From Auanema rhodensis (lineage: Eukaryota > Animalia > Nematoda): 64,000 bases of DNA. Positions 28,301 to 43,103 of the stretch are shown here, in pieces; the first letter of the stretch is position 1; each line of letters begins with the position of its first letter. The stretch is from the NCBI GenBank assembly GCA_964057225.1, contig OZ059900.1:8308001-8372000 (forward strand), written 5' to 3'. Below the pieces are notes generated by a model. It saw nothing but the letters and a program-made list of their open reading frames with translations, was not told the origin of the DNA and made no database searches. The position numbers and the translations under genes were made by a program.

Positions 28301-31300
28301 TATGAAATACTGTCATAGAATGTTCATATAGGTGTATTTTGCACGAATATCAAAACTGATTGAAATATGGGCCTTTTTATGCTCAAAACGCCATATATTC
28401 AACGATTTTGGGTACAAAACATGTGAAAATTGTATGTTTTGATCAGACCCTTTGAGATATGGATTTGAAATTCAGGATTCATAAACTTTGACTATTTTTA
28501 CATAAATATGTTCAATTTTAACCACTTTGGTCAAAAAGGACCGAAAATATCAAGAATTATTGGTTTTTTGGGGTTTGAAGGGCATTTTGGCTAAATCAGT
28601 CAAACTTTTGATCTTAAGCATATTTTTTTCTTCTAAAACGACTAAATGTATGAAATACTGTCATAGAATGTTCATATAGGTGTATTTTGCACGAATATCA
28701 AAACTGATTGAAATATGGGCCTTTTTATGCTCAAAACGCCATATATTCAACGATTTTGGGTACAAAACATGTGAAAACTGTATGTTTTGATCAGACCCTT
28801 TGAGATATGGATTTGAAATTCAGGATTCATAAACTTTGACTATTTTTACATATATATGTTCATTTTTAACCACTTTGGTCAAAAAGGACCGAAAATATCA
28901 AGAATTATTGGTTTTTTGGGGTTTGAAGGACATTTTGGCTAAATCAGTCAAACTTTTGATCTTAAGCATATTTTTTTCTTCTAAAACGACTAAATGTATG
29001 AAATACTGTCATAGAATGTTCATATAGGTGTATTTTGCACGAATATCAAAACTGATTGAAATATGGGCCTTTTTATGCTCAAAACGCCATATATTCAACG
29101 ATTTTGGGTACAAAACATGTGAAAACTGTATGTTTTGATCAGACCCTTTGAGATATGGATTTGAAATTCAGGATTCATAAACTTTGACTATTTTTACATA
29201 AATATGTTCAATTTTAACCACTTTGGTCAAAAAGGACCGAAAATATCAAGAATTATTGGTTTTTTGGGGTTTGAAGGGCATTTTGGCTAAATCAGTCAAA
29301 CTTTTGATCTTATGCATATTTTTTTCTTCTAAAACGACTAAATGTATGAAATACTGTCATAGAATGTTCATATAGGTGTATTTTGCACGAATATCAAAAC
29401 TGATTGAAATATGGGCCTTTTTATGCTCAAAACGCCATATATTCAACGATTTTGGGTACAAAACATGTGAAAACTGTATGTTTTGATCAGACCCTTTGAG
29501 ATATGGATTTGAAATTCAGGATTCATAAACTTTGACTATTTTTACATAAATATGTTCAATTTTAACCACTTTGGTCAAAAAGGACCGAAAATATCAAGAA
29601 TTATTGGTTTTTTGGGGTTTGAAGGGCATTTTGGCTAAATCAGTCAAACTTTTGATCTTATGCATATTTTTTTCTTCTAAAACGACTAAATGTATGAAAT
29701 ACTGTCATAGAATGTTCATATAGGTGTATTTTGCACGAATATCAAAACTGATTGAAATATGGGCCTTTTTATGCTCAAAACGCCATATATTCAACGATTT
29801 TGGGTACAAAACATGTGAAAACTGTATGTTTTGATCAGACCCTTTGAGATATGGATTTGAAATTCAGGATTCATAAACTTTGACTATTTTTACATAAATA
29901 TGTTCAATTTTAACCACTTTGGTCAAAAAGGACCGAAAATATGAAGAATTATTGGTTTTTTGGGGTTTGAAGGGCATTTTGGCTAAATCAGTCAAACTTT
30001 TGATCTTATGCATATTTTTTTCTTCTAAAACGACTAAATGTATGAAATACTGTCATAGAATGTTCATATAGGTGTATTTTGCACGAATATCAAAACTGAT
30101 TGAAATATGGGCCTTTTTATGCTCAAAACGCCATATATTCAACGATTTTGGGTACAAAACATGTGAAAACTGTATGTTTTGATCAGACCCTTTGAGATAT
30201 GGATTTGAAATTCAGGATTCATAAACTTTGACTATTTTTACATAAATATGTTCAATTTTAACCACTTTGGTCAAAAAGGACCGAAAATATCAAGAATTAT
30301 TGGTTTTTTGGGGTTTGAAGGGCATTTTGGCTAAATCAGTCAAACTTTTGATCTTATGCATATTTTTTTCTTCTAAAACGACTAAATGTATGAAATACTG
30401 TCATAGAATGTTCATATAAGTGTATTTTGCACGAATATCAAAACTGATTGAAATATGGGCCTTTTTATGCTCAAAACGCCATATATTCAACGATTTTGGG
30501 TACAAAACATGTGAAAACTGTATGTTTTGATCAGACCCTTTGAGATATGGATTTGAAATTCAGGATTCATAAACTTTGACTATTTTTACATATATATGTC
30601 CAATTTTAACCACTTTGGTCAAAAAGGACCAAAAATATCAAGAATTATTGGTTTTTTGGGGATTGAAGGGCATTTTGGCAAAATCAGTCAAACTTTTGAT
30701 CTTAAGCATATTTTTTTCTTCTAAAACGACTAAATGTATGAAATACTGTCATAGAATGTTCATATAGGTGTATTTTGCACGAATATCAAAACTGATTGAA
30801 ATATGGGCCTTTTTATGCTCAAAACGCCATATATTCAACGATTTTGGGTACAAAACATGTGAAAACTGTATGTTTTGATCAGACCCTTTGAGATATGGAT
30901 TTGAAATTCAGGATTCATAAACTTTGACTATTTTTACATATATATGTCCAATTTTAACCACTTTGGTCAAAAAGGACCGAAAATATCAAGAATTATTGGT
31001 TTTTTGGGGTTTGAAGGACATTTTGGCTAAATCAGTCAAACTTTTGATCTTAAGCATATTTTTTTCTTCTAAAACGACTAAATGTATGAAATACTGTCAT
31101 AGAATGTTCATATAGGTGTATTTTGCACGAATATCAAAACTGATTGAAATATGGGACTTTTTATGCTCAAAACGCCATATATTCAACGATTTTGGGTACA
31201 AAACATGTGAAAACTGTATGTTTTGATCAGACCCTTTGAGAAATGGATTTGAAATTCAGGATTCATAAACTTTGACTATTTTTACATATATATGTCCAAT

Positions 31301-32315
31301 TTTAACCACTTTGGTCAAAAAGGACCGAAAATATCAAGAATTATTGGTTTTTTGGGGATTGAAGGGCATTTTGGCAAAATCAGTCAAACTTTTGATCTTA
31401 AGCATATTTTTTTCTTCTAAAACGACTAAATGTATGAAATACTGTCATAGAATGTTCATATAGGTGTATTTTGCACGAATATCAAAACTGATTGAAATAT
31501 GGGCCTTTTTATGCTCAAAACGCCATATATTCAACGATTTTGGGTACAAAACATGTGAAAATTGTATGTTTTGATCAGACCCTTTGAGATATGGATTTGA
31601 AATTCAGGATTCATAAACTTTGACTATTTTTACATAAATATGTTCAATTTTAACCACTTTGGTCAAAAAGGACCGAAAATATCAAGAATTATTGGTTTTT
31701 TGGGGTTTGAAGGGCATTTTGGCTAAATCAGTCAAACTTTTGATCTTAAGCATATTTTTTTCTTCTAAAACGACTAAATGTATGAAATACTGTCATAGAA
31801 TGTTCATATAGGTGTATTTTGCACGAATATCAAAACTGATTGAAATATGGGCCTTTTTATGCTCAAAACGCCATATATTCAACGATTTTGGGTACAAAAC
31901 ATGTGAAAACTGTATGTTTTGATCAGACCCTTTGAGATATGGATTTGAAATTCAGGATTCATAAACTTTGACTATTTTTACATATATATGTTCATTTTTA
32001 ACCACTTTGGTCAAAAAGGACCGAAAATATCAAGAATTATTGGTTTTTTGGGGTTTGAAGGACATTTTGGCTAAATCAGTCAAACTTTTGATCTTAAGCA
32101 TATTTTTTTCTTCTAAAACGACTAAATGTATGAAATACTGTCATAGAATGTTCATATAGGTGTATTTTGCACGAATATCAAAACTGATTGAAATATGGGC
32201 CTTTTTATGCTCAAAACGCCATATATTCAACGATTTTGGGTACAAAACATGTGAAAACTGTATGTTTTGATCAGACCCTTTGAGATATGGATTTGAAATT
32301 CAGGATTCATAAACT
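25356..32315. repeat. 10-monomer (3480-bp) block duplication in which the two copies differ by one monomer
   Basis: ATGAAG 26463/29943, GACCAA 27151/30631 and GAGAAAT 27762/31242 are at +3480. AATTGT 28430/31562 and the TCATTTT monomer 28836/31968 are at +3132 (9 monomers). Confidence 0.82.
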
Positions 32316-35300
32316 TTGACTATTTTTACATAAATATGTTCAATTTTAACCACTTTGGTCAAAAAGGACCGAAAATATCAAGAATTATTGGTTTTTTGGG
32401 GTTTGAAGGGCATTTTGGCAAAATCAGTCAAACTTTTGATCTTAAGCATATTTTTTTCTTCTAAAACGACTAAATGTATGGAATACTGTCATAGAATGTT
32501 GATAGAGGTGTATTTTGCACGAATATCGAAACTGATTGAAATATGGGCCTTTTTATGCTCAAAACGCCATATATTCAACGATTTTGGGTACAAAACATGT
32601 GAAAACTGTATGTTTTGATCAGACCCTTTGAGATATGGATTTGAAATTCAGGATTCATAAACTTCGACTATTTTTACATATATATGTCCAATTTTAACCA
32701 CTTTGGTCAAAAAGGACCGAAAAAATCAAGAATTATTGGTTTTTTGGGGTTTGAAGGGCATTTTGGCTAAATCAGTCAAACTTTTGATCTTAAGCATATT
32801 TTTTTCTTCTAAAACGACTAAATGTATGAAATACTGTCATAGAATGTTCATATAGGTGTATTTTGCACGAATATCAAAACTGATTAAAATATGGGCCTTT
32901 TTATGCTCAAAACGCCATATATTCAACGATTTTGGGTACAAAACATGTGAAAACTGTATGTTTTGATCAGACCCTTTGAGATATGGATTTGAAATTCAGG
33001 ATTCATAAACTTTGACTATTTTTACATATATATGTCCAATTTTAACCACTTTGGTCAAAAAGGACCAAAAATATCAAGAATTATTGGTTTTTTGGGGATT
33101 GAAGGGCATTTTGGCAAAATCAGTCAAACTTTTGATCTTAAGCATATTTTTTTCTTCTAAAACGACTAAATGTATGAAATACTGTCATAGAATGTTCATA
33201 TAGGTGTATTTTGCACGAATATCAAAACTGATTGAAATATGGGCCTTTTTATGCTCAAAACGCCATATATTCAACGATTTTGGGTACAAAACATGTGAAA
33301 ACTGTATGTTTTGATCAGACCCTTTGAGATATGGATTTGAAATTCAGGATTCATAAACTTTGACTATTTTTACATATATATGTCCAATTTTAACCACTTT
33401 GGTCAAAAAGGACCGAAAATATCAAGAATTATTGGTTTTTTGGGGTTTGAAGGACATTTTGGCTAAATCAGTCAAACTTTTGATCTTAAGCATATTTTTT
33501 TCTTCTAAAACGACTAAATGTATGAAATACTGTCATAGAATGTTCATATAGGTGTATTTTGCACGAATATCAAAACTGATTGAAATATGGGCCTTTTTAT
33601 GCTCAAAACGCCATATATTCAACGATTTTGGGTACAAAACATGTGAAAACTGTATGTTTTGATCAGACCCTTTGAGATATGGATTTGAAATTCAGGATTC
33701 ATAAACTTTGACTATTTTTACATAAATATGTTCAATTTTAACCACTTTGGTCAAAAAGGACCGAAAATATCAAGAATTATTGGTTTTTTGGGGTTTGAAG
33801 GGCATTTTGGCAAAATCAGTCAAACTTTTGATCTTAAGCATATTTTTTTCTTCTAAAACGACTAAATGTATGAAATACTGTCATAGAATGTTCATATAGG
33901 TGTATTTTGCACGAATATCAAAACTGATTGAAATATGGGCCTTTTTATGCTCAAAACGCCATATATTCAACGATTTTGGGTACAAAACATGTGAAAACTG
34001 TATGTTTTGATCAGACCCTTTGAGATATGGATTTGAAATTCAGGATTCATAAACTTTGACTATTTTTACATAAATATGTTCAATTTTAACCACTTTGGTC
34101 AAAAAGGACCGAAAATATCAAGAATTATTGGTTTTTTGGGGTTTGAAGGGCATTTTGGCTAAATCAGTCAAACTTTTGATCTTATGCATATTTTTTTCTT
34201 CTAAAACGACTAAATGTATGAAATACTGTCATAGAATGTTCATATAGGTGTATTTTGCACGAATATCAAAACTGATTGAAATATGGGCCTTTTTATGCTC
34301 AAAACGCCATATATTCAACGATTTTGGGTACAAAACATGTGAAAACTGTATGTTTTGATCAGACCCTTTGAGATATGGATTTGAAATTCAGGATTCATAA
34401 ACTTTGACTATTTTTACATAAATATGTTCAATTTTAACCACTTTGGTCAAAAAGGACCGAAAATATGAAGAATTATTGGTTTTTTGGGGTTTGAAGGGCA
34501 TTTTGGCTAAATCAGTCAAACTTTTGATCTTATGCATATTTTTTTCTTCTAAAACGACTAAATGTATGAAATACTGTCATAGAATGTTCATATAGGTGTA
34601 TTTTGCACGAATATCAAAACTGATTGAAATATGGGCCTTTTTATGCTCAAAACGCCATATATTCAACGATTTTGGGTACAAAACATGTGAAAACTGTATG
34701 TTTTGATCAGACCCTTTGAGATATGGATTTGAAATTCAGGATTCATAAACTTTGACTATTTTTACATAAATATGTTCAATTTTAACCACTTTGGTCAAAA
34801 AGGACCGAAAATATCAAGAATTATTGGTTTTTTGGGGTTTGAAGGGCATTTTGGCTAAATCAGTCAAACTTTTGATCTTATGCATATTTTTTTCTTCTAA
34901 AACGACTAAATGTATGAAATACTGTCATAGAATGTTCATATAAGTGTATTTTGCACGAATATCAAAACTGATTGAAATATGGGCCTTTTTATGCTCAAAA
35001 CGCCATATATTCAACGATTTTGGGTACAAAACATGTGAAAACTGTATGTTTTGATCAGACCCTTTGAGATATGGATTTGAAATTCAGGATTCATAAACTT
35101 TGACTATTTTTACATATATATGTCCAATTTTAACCACTTTGGTCAAAAAGGACCAAAAATATCAAGAATTATTGGTTTTTTGGGGATTGAAGGGCATTTT
35201 GGCAAAATCAGTCAAACTTTTGATCTTAAGCATATTTTTTTCTTCTAAAACGACTAAATGTATGAAATACTGTCATAGAATGTTCATATAGGTGTATTTT

Positions 35301-38248
35301 GCACGAATATCAAAACTGATTGAAATATGGGCCTTTTTATGCTCAAAACGCCATATATTCAACGATTTTGGGTACAAAACATGTGAAAACTGTATGTTTT
35401 GATCAGACCCTTTGAGATATGGATTTGAAATTCAGGATTCATAAACTTTGACTATTTTTACATATATATGTCCAATTTTAACCACTTTGGTCAAAAAGGA
35501 CCGAAAATATCAAGAATTATTGGTTTTTTGGGGTTTGAAGGACATTTTGGCTAAATCAGTCAAACTTTTGATCTTAAGCATATTTTTTTCTTCTAAAACG
35601 ACTAAATGTATGAAATACTGTCATAGAATGTTCATATAGGTGTATTTTGCACGAATATCAAAACTGATTGAAATATGGGACTTTTTATGCTCAAAACGCC
35701 ATATATTCAACGATTTTGGGTACAAAACATGTGAAAACTGTATGTTTTGATCAGACCCTTTGAGAAATGGATTTGAAATTCAGGATTCATAAACTTTGAC
35801 TATTTTTACATATATATGTCCAATTTTAACCACTTTGGTCAAAAAGGACCGAAAATATCAAGAATTATTGGTTTTTTGGGGATTGAAGGGCATTTTGGCA
35901 AAATCAGTCAAACTTTTGATCTTAAGCATATTTTTTTCTTCTAAAACGACTAAATGTATGAAATACTGTCATAGAATGTTCATATAGGTGTATTTTGCAC
36001 GAATATCAAAACTGATTGAAATATGGGCCTTTTTATGCTCAAAACGCCATATATTCAACGATTTTGGGTACAAAACATGTGAAAATTGTATGTTTTGATC
36101 AGACCCTTTGAGATATGGATTTGAAATTCAGGATTCATAAACTTTGACTATTTTTACATAAATATGTTCAATTTTAACCACTTTGGTCAAAAAGGACCGA
36201 AAATATCAAGAATTATTGGTTTTTTGGGGTTTGAAGGGCATTTTGGCTAAATCAGTCAAACTTTTGATCTTAAGCATATTTTTTTCTTCTAAAACGACTA
36301 AATGTATGAAATACTGTCATAGAATGTTCATATAGGTGTATTTTGCACGAATATCAAAACTGATTGAAATATGGGCCTTTTTATGCTCAAAACGCCATAT
36401 ATTCAACGATTTTGGGTACAAAACATGTGAAAACTGTATGTTTTGATCAGACCCTTTGAGATATGGATTTGAAATTCAGGATTCATAAACTTTGACTATT
36501 TTTACATATATATGTTCATTTTTAACCACTTTGGTCAAAAAGGACCGAAAATATCAAGAATTATTGGTTTTTTGGGGTTTGAAGGACATTTTGGCTAAAT
36601 CAGTCAAACTTTTGATCTTAAGCATATTTTTTTCTTCTAAAACGACTAAATGTATGAAATACTGTCATAGAATGTTCATATAGGTGTATTTTGCACGAAT
36701 ATCAAAACTGATTGAAATATGGGCCTTTTTATGCTCAAAACGCCATATATTCAACGATTTTGGGTACAAAACATGTGAAAACTGTATGTTTTGATCAGAC
36801 CCTTTGAGATATGGATTTGAAATTCAGGATTCATAAACTTTGACTATTTTTACATAAATATGTTCAATTTTAACCACTTTGGTCAAAAAGGACCGAAAAT
36901 ATCAAGAATTATTGGTTTTTTGGGGTTTGAAGGGCATTTTGGCAAAATCAGTCAAACTTTTGATCTTAAGCATATTTTTTTCTTCTAAAACGACTAAATG
37001 TATGGAATACTGTCATAGAATGTTGATAGAGGTGTATTTTGCACGAATATCGAAACTGATTGAAATATGGGCCTTTTTATGCTCAAAACGCCATATATTC
37101 AACGATTTTGGGTACAAAACATGTGAAAACTGTATGTTTTGATCAGACCCTTTGAGATATGGATTTGAAATTCAGGATTCATAAACTTCGACTATTTTTA
37201 CATATATATGTCCAATTTTAACCACTTTGGTCAAAAAGGACCGAAAAAATCAAGAATTATTGGTTTTTTGGGGTTTGAAGGGCATTTTGGCTAAATCAGT
37301 CAAACTTTTGATCTTAAGCATATTTTTTTCTTCTAAAACGACTAAATGTATGAAATACTGTCATAGAATGTTCATATAGGTGTATTTTGCACGAATATCA
37401 AAACTGATTAAAATATGGGCCTTTTTATGCTCAAAACGCCATATATTCAACGATTTTGGGTACAAAACATGTGAAAACTGTATGTTTTGATCAGACCCTT
37501 TGAGATATGGATTTGAAATTCAGGATTCATAAACTTTGACTATTTTTACATATATATGTCCAATTTTAACCACTTTGGTCAAAAAGGACCAAAAATATCA
37601 AGAATTATTGGTTTTTTGGGGATTGAAGGGCATTTTGGCAAAATCAGTCAAACTTTTGATCTTAAGCATATTTTTTTCTTCTAAAACGACTAAATGTATG
37701 AAATACTGTCATAGAATGTTCATATAGGTGTATTTTGCACGAATATCAAAACTGATTGAAATATGGGCCTTTTTATGCTCAAAACGCCATATATTCAACG
37801 ATTTTGGGTACAAAACATGTGAAAACTGTATGTTTTGATCAGACCCTTTGAGATATGGATTTGAAATTCAGGATTCATAAACTTTGACTATTTTTACATA
37901 TATATGTCCAATTTTAACCACTTTGGTCAAAAAGGACCGAAAATATCAAGAATTATTGGTTTTTTGGGGTTTGAAGGACATTTTGGCTAAATCAGTCAAA
38001 CTTTTGATCTTAAGCATATTTTTTTCTTCTAAAACGACTAAATGTATGAAATACTGTCATAGAATGTTCATATAGGTGTATTTTGCACGAATATCAAAAC
38101 TGATTGAAATATGGGCCTTTTTATGCTCAAAACGCCATATATTCAACGATTTTGGGTACAAAACATGTGAAAACTGTATGTTTTGATCAGACCCTTTGAG
38201 ATATGGATTTGAAATTCAGGATTCATAAACTTTGACTATTTTTACATA
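29314..38248. repeat. 13-monomer-period (4524-bp) block duplication
   Basis: Rare markers recur at +4524: ATGAAG 29943/34467, TATAAG 30419/34943, GGGACT 31156/35680, GAGAAAT 31242/35766, AATTGT 31562/36086, AAAAAATC 32724/37248, ATTAAA 32886/37410 and the 87-aa ORF 32355/36879. Confidence 0.92.
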
Positions 38249-38927
38249 TATATGTCCAATTTTAACCACTTTGGTCAAAAAGGACCGAATATATCAAGAA
38301 TTATTGGTTTTTTGGGGATTGAAGGGCATTTTGGCAAAATCAGTCAAACTTTTGATCTTAAGCATATTTTTTTCTTCTAAAACGACTAAATGTATGAAAT
38401 ACTGTCATAGAATGTTCATATAGGTGTATTTTGCACGAATATCAAAACTGATTGAAATATGGGCCTTTTTATGCTCAAAACGCCATATATTCAACGATTT
38501 TGGGTACAAAACATGTGAAAACTGTATGTTTTGATCAGACCCTTTGAGATATGGATTTGAAATTCAGGATTCATAAACTTTGACTATTTTTACATATATA
38601 TGTCCAATTTTAACCACTTTGGTCAAAAAGGACCGAAAATATCAAGAATTATTGGTTTTTTGGGGATTGAAGGGCATTTTGGCAAAATCAGTCAAACTTT
38701 TGATCTTAAGCATATTTTTTTCTTCTAAAACAACTAAATGTATGAAATACTGTCATAGAATGTTCATATAGGTGTATTTTGCACGAATATCAAAACTGAT
38801 TGAAATATGGGCCTTTTTATGCTCAAAACGCCATATATTCAACGATTTTGGGTACAAAACATGTGAAAACTGTATGTTTTGATCAGACCCTTTGAGATAT
38901 GGATTTGAAATTCAGGATTCATAAACT

Positions 38928-41900
38928 TTGACTATTTTTACATATATATGTCCAATTTTAACCACTTTGGTCAAAAAGGACCGAAAATATCAAGAATTAT
39001 TGGTTTTTTGGGGTTTGAAGGACATTTTGGCTAAATCAGTCAAACTTTTGATCTTAAGCATATTTTTTTCTTCTAAAACGACTAAATGTATGAAATACTG
39101 TCATAGAATGTTCATATAGGTGTATTTTGCACGAATATCAAAACTGATTGAAATATGGGCCTTTTTATGCTCAAAACGCCATATATTCAACGATTTTGGG
39201 TACAAAACATGTGAAAACTGTATGTTTTGATCAGACCCTTTGAGATATGGATTTGAAATTCAGGATTCATAAACTTTGACTATTTTTACATATATATGTC
39301 CAATTTTAACCACTTTGGTCAAAAAGGACCGAAAATATCAAGAATTATTGGTTTTTTGGGGATTGAAGGGCATTTTGGCAAAATCAGTCAAACTTTTGAT
39401 CTTAAGCATATTTTTTTCTTCTAAAACGACTAAATGTATGAAATACTGTCATAGAATGTTCATATAGGTGTATTTTGCACGAATATCAAAACTGATTGAA
39501 ATATGGGCCTTTTTATGCTCAAAACGCCATATATTCAACGATTTTGGGTACAAAACATGTGAAAACTGTATGTTTTGATCAGACCCTTTGAGATATGGAT
39601 TTGAAATTCAGGATTCATAAACTTTGACTATTTTTACATAAATATGTTCAATTTTAACCACTTTGGTCAAAAAGGACCGAAAATATCAAGAATTATTGGT
39701 TTTTTGGGGATTGAAGGGCATTTTGGCAAAATCAGTCAAACTTTTGATCTTAAGCATATTTTTTTCTTCTAAAACGACTAAATGTATGAAATACTGTCAT
39801 AGAATGTTCATATAGGTGTATTTTGCACGAATATCAAAACTGATTGAAATATGGGCCTTTTTATGCTTAAAACGCCATATATTCAACGATTTTGGGTACA
39901 AAACATGTGAAAACTGTATGTTTTGATCAGACCCTTTGAGATATGGATTTGAAATTCAGGATTCATAAACTTTGACTATTTTTACATAAATATGTTCAAT
40001 TTTAACCACTTTGGTCAAAAAAGACCGAAAATATCAAGAATTATTGGTTTTTTGGGGTTTGAAGGGCATTTTGGCTAAATCAGTCAAACTTTTGATCTTA
40101 AGCATATTTTTTTCTTCTAAAACGACTAAATGTATGAAATACTGTCATAGAATGTTCATATAGGTGTATTTTGCACGAATATCAAAACTGATTGAAATAT
40201 GGGCCTTTTTATGCTCAAAACGCCATATATTCAACGATTTTGGGTACAAAACATGTGAAAACTGTATGTTTTGATCAGACCCTTTGAGATATGGATTTGA
40301 AATTCAGGATTCATAAACTTTGACTATTTTTACATATATATGTCCAATTTTAACCACTTTGGTCAAAAAGGACCAAAAATATCAAGAATTATTGGTTTTT
40401 TGGGGATTGAAGGGCATTTTGGCAAAATCAGTCAAACTTTTGATCTTAAGCATATTTTTTTCTTCTAAAACGACTAAATGTATGAAATACTGTCATAGAA
40501 TGTTCATATAGGTGTATTTTGCACGAATATCAAAACTGATTGAAATATGGGCCTTTTTATGCTCAAAACGCCATATATTCAACGATTTTGGGTACAAAAC
40601 ATGTGAAAACTGTATGTTTTGATCAGACGCTTTGAGATATGGATTTGAAATTCAGGATTCATAAACTTTGACTATTTTTACATATATATGTCCAATTTTA
40701 ACCACTTTGGTCAAAAAGGACCGAAAATATCAAGAATTATTGGTTTTTTGGGGTTTGAAGGACATTTTGGCTAAATCAGTCAAACTTTTGATCTTAAGCA
40801 TATTTTTTTCTTCTAAAACGACTAAATGTATGAAATACTGTCATAGAATGTTCATATAGGTGTATTTTGCACGAATATCAAAACTGATTGAAATATGGGC
40901 CTTTTTATGCTCAAAACGCCATATATTCAACGATTTTGGGTACAAAACATGTGAAAACTGTATGTTTTGATCAGACCCTTTGAGATATGGATTTGAAATT
41001 CAGGATTCATAAACTTTGACTATTTTTACATATATATGTCCAATTTTAACCACTTTGGTCAAAAAGGACCGAAAATATCAAGAATTATTGGTTTTTTGGG
41101 GTTTGAAGGACATTTTGGCTAAATCAGTCAAACTTTTGATCTTAAGCATATTTTTTTCTTCTAAAACGACTAAATGTATGAAATACTGTCATAGAATGTT
41201 CATATAGGTGTATTTTGCACGAATATCAAAACTGATTGAAATATGGGCCTTTTTATGCTCAAAACGCCATATATTCAACGATTTTGGGTACAAAACATGT
41301 GAAAACTGTATGTTTTGATCAGACCCTTTGAGATATGGATTTGAAATTCAGGATTCATAAACTTTGACTATTTTTACATATATATGTCCAATTTTAACCA
41401 CTTTGGTCAAAAAGGACCGAAAATATCAAGAATTATTGGTTTTTTGGGGATTGAAGGGCATTTTGGCAAAATCAGTCAAACTTTTGATCTTAAGCATATT
41501 TTTTTCTTCTAAAACGACTAAATGTATGAAATACTGTCATAGAATGTTCATATAGGTGTATTTTGCACGAATATCAAAACTGATTGAAATATGGGCCTTT
41601 TTATGCTCAAAACGCCATATCTTCAACGATTTTGGGTACAAAACATGTGAAAACTGTATGTTTTGATCAGACCCTTTGAGATATGGATTTGAAATTCAGG
41701 ATTCATAAACTTTGACTATTTTTACATAAATATGTTCAATTTTAACCACTTTGGTCAAAAAGGACCGAAAATATCAAGAATTATTGGTTTTTTGGGGATT
41801 GAAGGGCATTTTGGCAAAATCAGTCAAACTTTTGATCTTAAGCATATTTTTTTCTTCTAAAACGACTAAATGTATGAAATACTGTCATAGAATGTTCATA

Positions 41901-43103
41901 TAGGTGTATTTTGCACGAATATCAAAACTGATTGAAATATGGGCCTTTTTATGCTCAAAACGCCATATATTCAACGATTTTGGGTACAAAACATGTGAAA
42001 ACTGTATGTTTTGATCAGACCCTTTGAGATATGGATTTGAAATTCAGGATTCATAAACTTTGACTATTTTTACATAAATATGTTCAATTTTAACCACTTT
42101 GGTCAAAAAAGACCGAAAATATCAAGAATTATTGGTTTTTTGGGGTTTGAAGGGCATTTTGGCTAAATCAGTCAAACTTTTGATCTTAAGCATATTTTTT
42201 TCTTCTAAAACGACTAAATGTATGAAATACTGTCATAGAATGTTCATATAGGTGTATTTTGCACGAATATCAAAACTGATTGAAATATGGGCCTTTTTAT
42301 GCTCAAAACGCCATATATTCAACGATTTTGGGTACAAAACATGTGAAAACTGTATGTTTTGATCAGACCCTTTGAGATATGGATTTGAAATTCAGGATTC
42401 ATAAACTTTGACTATTTTTACATATATATGTCCAATTTTAACCACTTTGGTCAAAAAGGACCAAAAATATCAAGAATTATTGGTTTTTTGGGGATTGAAG
42501 GGCATTTTGGCAAAATCAGTCAAACTTTTGATCTTAAGCATATTTTTTTCTTCTAAAACGACTAAATGTATGAAATACTGTTATAGAATGTTCATATAGG
42601 TGTATTTTGCACGAATATCAAAACTGATTGAAATATGGGCCTTTTTATGCTCAAAACGCCATATATTCAACGATTTTGGGTACAAAACATGTGAAAACTG
42701 TATGTTTTGATCAGACCCTTTGAGATATGGATTTGAAATTCAGGATTCATAAACTTTGACTATTTTTACATATATATGTCCAATTTTAACCACTTTGGTC
42801 AAAAAGGACCGAAAATATCAAGAATTATTGGTTTTTTGGGGTTTGAAGGACATTTTGGCTAAATCAGTCAAACTTTTGATCTTAAGCATATTTTTTTCTT
42901 CTAAAACGACTAAATGTATGAAATACTGTCATAGAATGTTCATATAGGTGTATTTTGCACGAATATCAAAACTGATTGAAATATGGGCCTTTTTATGCTC
43001 AAAACGCCATATATTCAACGATTTTGGGTACAAAACATGTGAAAACTGTATGTTTTGATCAGACCCTTTGAGATATGGATTTGAAATTCAGGATTCATAA
43101 ACT
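38928..43103. repeat. 6-monomer (2088-bp) tandem duplication
   Basis: AAAAAAGACC 40022/42110 and the GACCAA monomers 40320/42408 are at +2088, with the same order of common haplotypes in both copies. Confidence 0.78.
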
